Assembly: GCA_043228905.1 (NCBI GenBank)
Contig: JBHGNT010000001.1
Coordinates: forward strand, 34,844,001 to 34,908,000
Length of the DNA: 64,000 nucleotides
Reading direction: 5' to 3'
Source: Azolla caroliniana
Taxonomy: Eukaryota; Plantae; Polypodiophyta
Part shown: piece after piece, positions 49,063 to 60,684 of the stretch
How positions within the stretch are numbered: the stretch's first letter is position 1
How the letters are laid out: each line of letters opens with the position of its first letter
The notes under the pieces: generated by a model
The model's database searches: none
What the model was told of the DNA's origin: nothing
Seen by the model: the letters and a program-made list of their open reading frames with translations, nothing else
Position numbers and translations under genes: made by a program

Positions 49063-52000
49063 TGTGTGTGTGTGTGTGCGTCGTTTTCCTACTAGTGCGG
49101 GGAAATGCTATAATAATGGGCAAAAAGTAAATTTTCATCCAACTCTGATGTTTCAAATGCAAAGATATCTAAGCCTAGTTGGACCACCATTTCACAATAA
49201 TTTCAAGATAATCTAAAGTAAGCTACTAGGTGTATAACAAGTTGTATTGGCGACCTAAGGATTGTCTCATGATACTCCTTTGTTATACGAACTTATGAAT
49301 AGATACTTCTTTCAAAGAAAAGAATAATGCATAGTTTAGTCATTTGATAAAAAAGGAGCATATAATAAAGCATAAACTAATGATAAAAGCCTAAGTCGAG
49401 AATATATATAATACAATTCGCAAGACAAATCGTCTCCAACCTCAAATTTGATTTTTCCAACATCTACACCTATATTTTGTATTTCAAATCTCTTAGTTGG
49501 ATTCACACTATATCAAAAGGAAAAACCATCGCCCTTTGGCCTTTTTGAATGAAAATCTGTTCTTCCACCATGATAGAGCATCACGCCATAAGGAAATTGT
49601 CACATGAGGCACTTGTCCTGGCTTAAACACTCTCTCTCATTTCAATACTATAGAACACATTACTTCTCCACTAGGAAGGTATTTCTTGTACACAAATTAG
49701 TGGGGCCAATGGGAGAAAAAGAAATAAATGTTGGATTGCCTTATATAAGGTTGTGTTTCTTCAAAAGTGTTTTGGTTCTCTTTGATCGACATACAAGAAC
49801 CAATCTTAGGAATATCATTTTGCGAGTATTAGCACAAGTTAACCATGCAAAACAAATAGAATTGAAGGAGCTCTATGGTTTTGATCTATAACAACAAATA
49901 CTAAGTAAAATAACTATTGAGTAGAGGATACATTCATAAACTAGAGAATTGATGAACGATGTGCCTTTGCTAAGTGTAAGACGTGACAACCATGAAGAGA
50001 AACTATAGCCTACAATAAAACATAAACAAATACTAAGTCATTAGGGATGTAGCATGTCAATGTATAGTTTTTGAAATAAATGCATAAAATAAAAATAAGG
50101 TGTGTAAATGTGCATTCTCAATGAATATGCATTTTGTTTGTTTTTATATTGTATACAACTATTGAGCAGCTAAACAACACTTCTGTTAGAGTTTAAGAGT
50201 AGCTAAATTGGGGATAGAATTAAACCATATGTAAAAGTGTTAAAGGTTATATTAACGAATTTAAAAATTGGTATATAATGATTCTGGTTTTGTATGTTTA
50301 TATATTAATGATTTTTTACTTTCTTACAGTCACGCAAACTTCTTGTAAAATTGTTGGGACGAGCGATCGAGGAACGAAGAAAGTTGATGAGCTTTAATAA
50401 ATCGAGGAAATGGAATGACACAATGGAGGCACTTATTGTAACTCAAGACGAGGATGGACGAGTATTGCGTAATGATGAAATTATAGATATATTACTTATG
50501 TACCTAAATGCTGGGCATGAGTCATCGGCTCATTCTATCATGTGGATACTCATATATTTGAAGAAATACCCCCAATATTTCCACAAAGTCAAGGTGAGGT
50601 TATCAGTCTAAAACTTATATACCAATTTGAATGATATATACCCTTCGATGGAAGGTGACGTAGTGCAATAATATTTTATTTATTTATTTATTTATCCAAA
50701 AAACTCCTTCCATTAGTTATAAAGATTTTACAAATGAGATTATTATACATATACAAATCCCTATAGGGACATGATAGGTCCATCTTATGTGGATGCCCAT
50801 TGCCTCAAGAAAGGGAGAGGACAACCATTGTTGGATAAAGGCTAGTCGTTGTCTTTCAACTCTATTGGAGTCGCCCTTGAGGCCATCATATTGGCTCTTT
50901 AGAGTGGCTACAACTTCACTCCATATCTATTGCATTAACATTATTGGTTGCACGCTTTCGTTGGAGAAGACCCGTCTACACTGTTGTTTCCATAGAATCC
51001 AAAGAGTTATTGGGCTGACCAAGTCCAACACAACTTGAGATTTGGCACTAATAGGAGTGGATTGGATATTGCCGATGGTGGAGAAAAAAATCTCTTGTGC
51101 TTTTATAACCAAAGTCGTCCCTCTTCCTGATGCTCATAGCTATCAATTGGGGTCTCCCATGATAGCCAACATACATTGCCCCACTTGATTGAGCCTTGCA
51201 CTTGATATAATTGCAATAAGTGGCCAACCCCCCGCCATATTCGATGGAACTCTGGGCAGTCCCATAGAGCGTGTCGTATGGATTTTAATATAGTTGGACA
51301 CGCTACACAATAAGGAGAGCTGAGGTTCCCACGTTGCCATGCACCAACCGGTAGTGACTTATGTATTAATAGTCATTGGAAAGTGGTGATTCGCCTCGCG
51401 TGTTGTTGTTTCCAGAGTTTCTGGCAAAACTTGGTGATAATTGTGTAAGGAACATGATATGTGTGCCAGACCTTTGTAGTAGACGGCTCTCAGACGAATT
51501 GAGCGGCTATAATATGGTGACCCAATCTAGTTGTGAATTGAAAGAAAGGGATAGGTTTGCTTCCTTGCCTGGCGTAAGGATCACACCATGGCCATTGCGA
51601 AGGGTCCCAATTGACCTTACGTAGCCATGTGTTTTCATGAGTACATATGTGCCAATTTGGTTGTACTTTGATCGGATCAAGATCTACAATCCATTTATGC
51701 CTAGTATATGCTAGTACTTGAATTGCCTTATGTTATGTTGATGTCTAGTTGTCCTGCAATTCAGAGCCTTCGATCCGGTCCGGTGTGTCCCTACCTCTTG
51801 GGATCAAAGAGTTCTCCTCTTGTAGCCTATCCATTTCTCTGTTGTCGTCCTTTGATGAGCAGCTTCCCAAATCAGTAGTGTGTTAATGATTACAGAACTC
51901 ATAGCCCATCCGCCCCTAATTCCATGGAGGATGTTGGCTTGGTCTTGTATTGGCAATGACATAAACCGTCTCCAACATTCTATACTTTTTCCTGGACCTT

Positions 52001-54145
52001 CCAACATGTATCCCCATGACAACCCCTTACTTGATCGAATTAGTTGATAAGATTCATCCCTAATACATGGGTTCCATAGGATACGTTGACTGAGCTAGGC
52101 AGGTTCGGAATTGGGTTGATCGCACTTGAGTCCTCGTCTAATGTCACACCACGCCTTCCACATGGATGTACTAAATCTATCCTCTAGTTGGCGGGAGAAA
52201 CTAGGTTTGAGGTCCATGTTTAGAGTCCATCCAGTTTGGGGGGGCCAATTGGTCCCTTTTCGTGGCCTAAAGTAAGCGATGCGTAACCGTAGTAACATTT
52301 TACAACAGTCAATCATGATAGGTTATCATTAGACTAAATTAATTATATAAGATCTATTATTGAGGATTATACCTTATCATTTGCAGTATTATCAAGATAG
52401 AATTGTTCTTACATATCTAGACATTTGTAACTTAGTTGGTATGGTTGTTAAACAGAGAACCAAAGTTGACACGTTCAAAATCTACAATCCGCACTAGCAT
52501 TTAATAAATTAGGAAAGATATAGGGTGTAAATTGTAATAAAGAAGTGGGAATGTCAAGCCTTGAACCCAAGACCTTATGTTGGTTGTATAATAGTTTCCC
52601 ATTAGGTTAAGTTATTATGAAAAATGATATGATATTTTAATCACTATAGCTTATTTTTCATATTGTTTCAATGTAAAACATTTCCTGCATTTTGCGACTT
52701 GTTATTTTCATGGATATGCTATAGTCCTTTTGTATGTTTGATTAATAAGGTATGGCCTAACAACCCATGTTTCATTTACTAGGAGGAACAAATGCAAATT
52801 CGAAAGAGCAAAAAAGAACATGAAGAGTTGACCTATGATGATTGTCGAAAAATGAGATATTTATCTCGGGTAAGTGACAACATATGAATTTGTTTCATAG
52901 TTGTTAAAAAACACGTATTCTACGTTTAGATCATGTTTTACATTTTTGAAGTATTCTACGTTTTAGAACAACTATTTTTAAAAATTTGACGTATTCTACG
53001 CATTTAACAGGTATTTACCTCTTTTTTTTTAAAATTATTTTATTTTTTTGAAAAAGAAAGCTTTAAATTTTAAGAAGCATTTAACGTATTTTACAAGTAT
53101 TCTAAGTATTCTTCACAGATTCTAAGTATTTAACGTATTTTATCTATAAAATATGTATTCTATGTAGTTTTAAAAAAAAGTTAGAATACTTAAGAGTACG
53201 TAATCTACACGCATTTTATGCTAAGTATTTTACAACAATGATTTGTTTATGTTGATTTTGCTCCTTACATTTCAACCTCTTCAAAATCCTCGTCACACCA
53301 TGTTTTCAATTCAATTTATCTTACAATTGCAAAATCTTGTAAATTTACTTACGTGCATTGATATTCTTGTTGCTAGGTTATAGATGAGACACTAAGAATC
53401 ATAAATATTTCACCAATGGTGTTTCGCAAGTCTCTGGAAGACGTGGAACTCAATGGTATGTAAATTTTCATAGCTTACAAGAGCAACTATGTATATTGCT
53501 TGCGTGATGATACATATCCTTTAACTGTCAAATAATAATCAAAGAACAATTGGCTTCTAGGTTACACAATTCCTAAAGGATGGCGTGTTCAAACATGGCT
53601 AAGACAAGTTCATTTGGATCCAGAAGTATATAACGATCCCCTAGAATTCAACCCTGATAGATGGGAGGTAATTTAACAATCAGGGTTCCCATTTTTGTTA
53701 TAAATCATAAAAGTGTAATTGAGCCTTGATGCTAATGGTTACATTTTTTTCTTTTGCAACACTAGAACATAGTGCCAAAACCTGGAACATTTATTCCATT
53801 TGGGGCTGGCATTCACATGTGCCCGGGAAATGAGTTTGCCAAGCTAGAGATGTCTGTATTTATGCATTATGCCATCTTGGACTATGAGTAAGACATTGAC
53901 TAGCTATGCTTAAACTTCATCTTTATAATTATTTATATGCATGTTTGGCGTTCTAATTGTAGAAATATGGTTGTAGGTTTGAGCCTTTAACTCCAAACGC
54001 ACCTATTGTCTATCTCCCTCACCCTCGACCGAAGGACAACTACCTAGTTCATGTATATAGAAAGGAGCCATATAACCACAATGACGAAAAGTTTTCTCAA
54101 CATTCTCTTCGGACACAGTTGAAGGTCAACAAGCACTCCTTTTAG
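45847..54145 (+). CDS. KAO: Cytochrome P450 CYP88A-type ent-kaurenoic acid oxidase, 9 exons, about 523 aa
   Basis: Exons 45847-46100, 46572-46911, 48201-48350, 50330-50593, 52783-52869, 53377-53455, 53561-53667, 53766-53887, 53977-54145. All introns GT-AG, frame intact. KAO hallmarks [68 protein letters not shown]. Confidence 0.9.
49002..49078. repeat. Compound (GA)n(GT)n microsatellite in KAO intron 3
   Basis: Seen directly. Confidence 0.95.
50673..52300 (-). mobile_element. Degenerate LINE fragment in KAO intron 4
   Basis: (TTTA)n tail at 50673-50696, 3' motif aactaatggaagg, and minus-strand remnants [13 protein letters not shown] and [11 protein letters not shown], similar to LINE ORF2 C-terminal regions. 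The 5' boundary is approximate. Confidence 0.7.
52896..53240. mobile_element. hAT-type MITE in KAO intron 5
   Basis: Imperfect TIRs catagttgttaaaa / ttttacaacaatg, exact 8-bp TSD atttgttt at 52888-52895 and 53241-53248, internal acgtattct/agtattct repeats. Confidence 0.8.
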
Positions 54146-55243
54146 CTTGCACATACAAGAACTCTATTTTGTGAAGTTGGGTAAGCATCGACAAAGGAAC
54201 TTCTAATTTTTTACATGTATGTAATTATCGACATGGCAACATCTGAGTAATTTTCAACCCTAGACATCATTGAATCGATTGTGTGAAAAACATGAGTTTG
54301 TAAATTATGCTATGAGAAACTTATAGCTAACACTAACATTATATAATATAATATTTCAACATTTTGCAATACTTCAAAAGGTTTATTGTTTCTTCCACGC
54401 CTCTCTTGTGCAATATTAATTTATATTCACAATTTAGAACCATACTTAATGGAGGAAACAATTGTTAAATTAGTTATTTTTGTGTCTTGTTAAATAATGT
54501 TGCTACAAAAGAAAAGTCAATCATTCTGAAGTATGTAAAAATATGAGATTGGACAAGGGTACATTGTGAATATAAGCAACAAGGTTAGTCATAGTAACTT
54601 TATAATAAACCTATGATAATGTTGTAAATTTCATGGGGAACAAAATTTTTATATTGAAATGAAGAATCTTTAGTTCAACACAAAATCAAGAAAAACAACT
54701 TTCCACTTTTGTAATACTACCCTTGGTCATCACAACAATGAACCATAAATATAACAAATGTATTGCTCATGGCTAATTGGCAATTAGTGAAAGCAATTGT
54801 TAATGGCAATATACAACTGATCATTGATTACAATCTCAACTAATGGCTAGGTCTTGGATTTTGATTGAAGATGAACTCCAAGTTTGTAAACTATGATCTC
54901 TAATCATGTTTCATAGAATTATATCTTAAATCCAAGTTAAAGATAATAATGTTATCCTTGAATGGTTTGGAAAGTTTGTTTTGCATTTTACTCATGGGGG
55001 AGCTATACAAAAATGGAGTAAGACAGTATATTCTTCTTTGGAAAAAAAAAAAGAATCGAGGAAGACATTTTAAAAGTAGAGCCTTTTGCGGGGGAGACCG
55101 TTTGAAGAAGAGAGAGCTAAAATTAGGAGTCTTTTGTCATGTCCAAAACACTTTGGAAATTATTTTTGTAGCTTTTAAAGAAATCATCCGCCTATTCCAT
55201 GGGAAGGTCATTGCCAATAATCAATCCATGGTTTGGTAGTCTT

Positions 55244-56919
55244 CTTTTTTTTTTTTCCAAAAAAACACTACTTCGCATTAGTTAGCAAACAAAATTACAT
55301 CATAGAACACCCAAAGTTCTTCTCACCATCCCTCACTCTGGCCTTCCCACCAAAGTGGACATAGTCCCCACCTCATTTTCAACAACCGTATCCAAACAAC
55401 TCCAATAACCTAATAATTTGTACCATATCTATACAGATTTACAGCACCTAGATGCTGTTGGAAACCGGAAACAGCCATCGGGGTGCTTGGTAGTTCCATT
55501 GAGGCCCTGATGAGGATCTGCCCACCATAGGAGAATTACCCCATTTCAGCAAGAACTTTGATCGAGATCTTTCAGCTGCATCAGATTCCCCCTTGATTGA
55601 GTCGTATCGTCCCCGCAGCCAAGATACCAACTCAAACCAGATATTTAATAATACCTCACCGCTAGGGATCTTTTGTTGTTGAAAAACAAATTTACAACGG
55701 TTGGTCCAAATGTGCCAGACCGATAAACAAGACACCATCATCCATATCTCCTCAAAAAATTCTGTGTTAGTGCCATGTCGAACTCCAGCCCGTTGAAACA
55801 CCTTGCCATCCTGCACTATAAAACCATGTCCGTGGGGATTTAACTGTTCAGCCCAGCCTTCCCCTGTTAACTTCAGCCCTTGTACGGACCCCCATACAAC
55901 TCTCCCATTCACTCCGCATGCTGCCACTATCCTGAGACTTCTACCCCAAATGTTAATAGCCTCGCTGCAGTTCCAAAACAAATGAGGAATTGATTCCAAA
56001 GGGTGTCCACACCTTTTGCATCCAGCCTCACCACCACGACACCTAAGCCACTCCCCCACTGGCACCGCTTTGTGGCTAAGAAGCCACAACCAAAGCTTTA
56101 TTTTTTCTGGCATATCAAACGCCCATAGCCTCCTCCAAAACGACTTCAACCAGTCATCAGAAATGCCTTTATCCTTCCAACTATTGCGAATTAGGCCAGC
56201 ACCCATCAATTTAGAGCCAATGATTTGCCTTCCTAGCTTGGTAGTGTACTCGAAAAACCGTTCAAGTTTGTCTGTACCCGGTTTCTGCCACCACACCTCT
56301 AGTGGATCCCAATCCAGATCACATATGGGCTTGTTGTCAACTATCCAGAGTTTACGATCAGATTCCAGCTTCCCTGGGTCCGGGTTTACTAGCCACTCCT
56401 TACCTTCCAACATTGCCACTCGCACTGCCAACCATTGGCCATTGTCTGCCAAAGCACTTAGGTTGCCCCACAAACGATACTCATTAGATGGGCACCTGCC
56501 TCGGATAATTTGCGCATCGCCCTCACCTACAAACCACCCAAACCAGACCCCCTCTTCTTCATTCAGCCTAGCTAGACCATCAACAGCCTTATCTATCAAG
56601 TGGGTAACCTTTTCCAGCCTGCCGGTAAATCTAGGACTTCCAACCAGACCCTCCCTTCTTCTCCTTTTGAACTCCTCCCAGTCTCTTACTGAACTAACAT
56701 TGTACCCTACCATTTTTCCCCATGGCAAGTATTTTTTCTGACCAAACATCATACCATCATCACTTCGAATCCTGGGGTTCCAAAACAGAGGTTGACGGAG
56801 TTGTTCCTCCATTGTTTTTGGCTGCATTAAGACCAGCCCCTCTCTTAAACTTGACCAGGCCCTCATTATGGTGCGGGCCACCCTATCCTCCATGCTAGTA
56901 GGTTACAATCTACTAATAG
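55244..56919 (-). mobile_element. 5'-truncated LINE (L1-clade-like) with open ORF2 C-terminus, 3' UTR and poly(A)
   Basis: Poly(T) at 55245-55256; TSD ggtagtctt at 55235-55243 and 56920-56928. ORF 55448-56893 has the zf-RVT-like motif FWRRLW...PEKIKLWLW...CKRCGHPLESIPHLFWNC. Confidence 0.88.
55448..56893 (-). CDS. LINE ORF2 C-terminal fragment (zf-RVT CCHC region), no RT core
   Basis: 481-aa open frame inside the truncated LINE. Confidence 0.7.
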   Translation of the reverse strand: MEDRVARTIMRAWSSLREGLVLMQPKTMEEQLRQPLFWNPRIRSDDGMMFGQKKYLPWGKMVGYNVSSVRDWEEFKRRRREGLVGSPRFTGRLEKVTHLIDKAVDGLARLNEEEGVWFGWFVGEGDAQIIRGRCPSNEYRLWGNLSALADNGQWLAVRVAMLEGKEWLVNPDPGKLESDRKLWIVDNKPICDLDWDPLEVWWQKPGTDKLERFFEYTTKLGRQIIGSKLMGAGLIRNSWKDKGISDDWLKSFWRRLWAFDMPEKIKLWLWLLSHKAVPVGEWLRCRGGEAGCKRCGHPLESIPHLFWNCSEAINIWGRSLRIVAACGVNGRVVWGSVQGLKLTGEGWAEQLNPHGHGFIVQDGKVFQRAGVRHGTNTEFFEEIWMMVSCLSVWHIWTNRCKFVFQQQKIPSGEVLLNIWFELVSWLRGRYDSIKGESDAAERSRSKFLLKWGNSPMVGRSSSGPQWNYQAPRWLFPVSNSI

Positions 56920-57499
56920 GGTAGTCTTTGTTAACAATCTACTAATAGGTTACATGTTCTCCATTATGGACAATGAGCTTATCATAGAGTGTGTCTTTGA
57001 CTAGGTGCGCATATTTGTATTATAATCCTAGTTGGTCTCTAGATTCATGAACCTTCTGAGTAAGAACTTGAACAATGGAGGTTTTAGTATCGTTGTACAT
57101 ATAAAGGACATCATTCTAAAGTCCATCGCAAAATGTTTGACTCCTAAGAAGAATTGTCCTAATAAATCTGTACATTGCATTGTTTGATGGTTACGTAACC
57201 ACTAACATACAACAATACTCCACTTCGTATCTCTCAAACATTTGATCTTCTATCATTGTATGTGACGTTTGTCATCAATCCTCTACATTTGTGTGCCAAG
57301 GAAATGGGGATTTTGAACTCCACTTCTATTTATTTTTTTAAAATTTAGAGGTATCAAATATTGGTGTGCATGTGTTCCATTGTGCCCCCCTTTTAGCACA
57401 CCCTTTTAAGCATACATGTACCTAAGCCAACCCACCCTTCTAGCACACCCTTTTTAGCACGCATGTAGCTAAGACAGCCCAAATGGGTACCCTTGTATC

Positions 57500-57839
57500 T
57501 GTTGGGGATTAGGTCCCTCCGGATGGGATCCGGAAACCGGATCTAGGGACATATCTGTAAATATGTTTTTGATATGCATGTCATGAGTCATGACTTAGGG
57601 CAATCACTTCCAAAAGCAGTGTTGTTGTAGTTGTTGTCATGATTTATTGTTGTATAGACTAAGAGAGAGAGAGAGAGAGAGATAAAGAAATCTTTTCTGT
57701 TGTAACCGCCAGTTAGCGAAGATATAGGGCTCCATGTCGTTGCCTCTGAGTCTCGCATTGTATCCTCTCCTTATAGTGATAGGAAGTTTAGGACTACCTT
57801 AGGTATTGGGTTTATTGGCCATTGTTTGTTGGTCTCAAC
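57500..57839 (+). mobile_element. Degenerate solo/partial LTR related to the nested copia LTR
   Basis: Start tgttggggattaggtccctccggatgggat...gggacatatctgt...gacttagggca matches the minus strand of 30628-31324; ends ...tctcaac. No TSD found. Confidence 0.65.
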
Positions 57840-58124
57840 TGAGAACGTGGGTTTCAAAGAAAGAATTGAACTTGATGATTCTCCCATCCTCTACATATAC
57901 ACTGTTTCTATGAGAGAGACACTCTTGGTCTAAATGAACAATTAACTCATTCATGCACATCAGTATTGCACCTTCAACATGAGTTGTGATTTGGAGGATC
58001 AAGGAACAAGAAGTCATTAGCATCATTGTTCCACTATCAACTTGAGTTTTGGACAAAGATAGTTTTTGTTAGAGTTCAATGGAATGAGAACTCATGCATG
58101 TCATAATTGCACCTTAAATGTATG

Positions 58125-58159
<35 letters not shown>

Positions 58160-58160
<1 letters not shown>

Positions 58161-58754
58161 AGGTGTTTATTTGGAGAGTTATGGTTGGAGTTTTACCATT
58201 AGAGGATGCATTAAAAAAAAGAAACATTACTAAAGGATTGTGTTTCTTTTGTTCGGTGGAATTGGAACATAGTAGGCATCAATTTATTTCATGCCCGATG
58301 GCAAGGATGGTTTGGAGGTGTATCAATTTAGTGTGGATGTCTCTAACAGGAGTAAGTTTATCTTCCTTCAGTTGGGTTTTTGCACATATGGAGAACAATG
58401 AACCGATGCCTCATTTTCAAATTATTTTTGAGTTCTTGAGGCCTATGGTTCAATTGGAATATGCGGAATGCCTTCATTTTTTATTCGCAAGTCGGGGTGA
58501 GAAAATATGTTCTAAAGTTAAAAGGACTTCTTTCGTGGCAATTGACAGTGCTAGAGAAGTCACGAAATCTCAACCAGGAAGAGAGAGAACTCTGCAAGGT
58601 CACATATCATCATACTCGCCATTTGAATTGGTGTGTAGGGTGGCATTGAGTTTGGTGTCGTAGTATTCTTTAGATCCCTAGATAGAAGGGTTCTATACTT
58701 TGTAGTAAGTTAGTCATGGTGGTGTTTTTTCTTTCGTAATGAAAGCCATTATTT

Positions 58755-58760
<6 letters not shown>
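58160..58760 (+). mobile_element. 5'-truncated LINE fragment between two (GA)n tracts
   Basis: Encodes KVFIWRVMVGVLP...CFFCSVELEHSRHQFISC (zf-RVT-like). Both flanks read (GA)n-GTC. Confidence 0.72.
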
Positions 58761-58792
<32 letters not shown>

Positions 58793-59010
58793 TTGGAAGT
58801 TGGTGTAATAGTTGGTCTCACAATCTCTTTATCAACACAAGTCATAAAGATATTTGAACATAAAATTAGTGCTAGATTTATTATATTAAGAAATATATCA
58901 AAGTCATGGTATGATACTCATATCATGTGTAGGCGATATGGAGTTCATGAATGACAATCAAAACTCGAATAGTTTGTCTTGGACAATATAAGAACTAACT
59001 TTCCTTTTAT

Positions 59011-60684
59011 TCAAAGCATGGAAATAGGTATGTTCTTGATGAAAGGCTTCTTCTTTGGCACAGTAACCAAGAGGATACCATTCTCATCAAATGCAGTAAT
59101 CTCCTCTGGCTTCACATACCCTGGAAGGAAAAACTTGCGAAAAAATGTGCCAGTGGCCCTCTCCTTTAAGTGCCATTTTCCATATGTAGTTTCCTCATTT
59201 TTACGCACGCCAGCTATTTGAAGAGTATCCCCACCAAGAACTTGTACTTTCACATCCGTGGCTTTCATACCTAAGTAAGAGAAAAGTCTTATTTTTATTA
59301 TTAGAAAATAAGATCTTCATTACATATACATTTAAATTTAGACCGTATCAATGAAGCACCTTACGAGAAACATGAATAAGAGAATGAGGTTATGCACGAT
59401 ATAGTCTTTCCAAATTCCTATTCTAGAATTATTTTGAGAATAAAAATCTAAATTTATGGATGCAAAAAATAAGGTTCCTCAATATGCATGCATTTAAATT
59501 TAAATAGTGTCAATGAAAGACCTTACCAAAAACATGAATGATCAAATCAAAATAGGTATTTTGGTAAGGTGGAGTGGTTCTACTCAACACCAAAGTGCTT
59601 ATTCAAGCCAATGGTTAGACTTTAGAAAAATATAGGGGATCGGTATAGCTTGTATGTTTAGCCTTATGGCGGTTTTCTAATACTAATGTAGTATCTTTTT
59701 TTTGAAAAAAAAAAAAATATATATATATAGGAAATGAGGTTATTGTAGTTCTAATATTTTCAATTCTAACACCTCTTTCACAACAAGTTTTAGTTTTAAC
59801 ATAATCAACCACCCTATTTAAAGTTTAATCATATTCTTAAACATTTTATGGGATGAAACACATTATGGACACATTAGCACCATACCTAATCAAGAGATGA
59901 TGAGTACAATACAATCAATATTAAGGTCAATGAGAGAAATTTGGGATTACTGACATTTTCCATCATATAATCATATTATCCATTCGGTTGATGCCACTCA
60001 TTCAACATATGCCGTAATTATTTAAAAATATTAACCATAGAAATTATTAGTGAGTGGTTAAAGCATGTACTAATGCAATCAAGTTTAGAAGAATATAATA
60101 ATGACATACTTACTCTTTCAAGAGTATATTCTTTAGCTCTCCAAAAATCCTTACAAACTATGAAGCAAGTGTCTATGGGTGTTTCCCTATCCGATGATTG
60201 TTTTGAATTTCTAAGTGGGTATAGTTTATGCCCATACGGTATACCCATACCCATTAATACACTCAAATACTTGTCGTAAATTAGTATATTAATCGAAAAA
60301 CTCCAAAAAGCTCTTAAGTTTCCCTTAATCCACAGAATACCTCTAATTTTTGTTATTTCTCCTAATGCCCTTGGTCAACCCCTTTTCAATCAAATACATG
60401 TCTTAGAGGGAACCACGAAACATAGCAAAAATTTGGGGGCATTCAGAAAAAGAAAGAAAAACTCGATGGTATTTCAAAGTTTCTCCCTAAAATATAATAT
60501 TATACTTAACAACAATTCTATTGAATGTGTTGTCAAATCTAAGTATCATGATTAATGCATTCTAGTATTTGGAAAGCATGTTAGCGATGTTGCAGAAACC
60601 TGGCAAGTCAAATTTGAAGACATGAGCATTTTCATCCTCGAGCCAGTCCACATTGACATTGCCGTAATTAGAGGGAGAGGACAT
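59011..60684 (-). CDS. Small heat-shock protein (HSP20 / alpha-crystallin domain), 2 exons, about 114 aa, probably peroxisomal class
   Basis: Exons 60684-60600 and 59270-59011 (G|GT phase, GT-AG). VDWLEDENAHVFKFDLPG, WHLKER..G.F.RKF.LP, ENGILLVTVPK, IKNIPISML. TATA-like sequence at 60797-60790. Confidence 0.85.

Noticed and set aside
53799-53830. His instead of Arg in the P450 heme motif ([10 protein letters not shown]) as a sign of inactivation
   Set aside because: His at this position also occurs in functional KAO enzymes.
56016-56741. 241-aa plus-strand ORF
   Set aside because: Antisense shadow of the LINE ORF2 fragment.
45847-60684. Biosynthetic gene cluster around KAO
   Set aside because: No terpene synthase or other pathway gene in the window; neighbours are unrelated.
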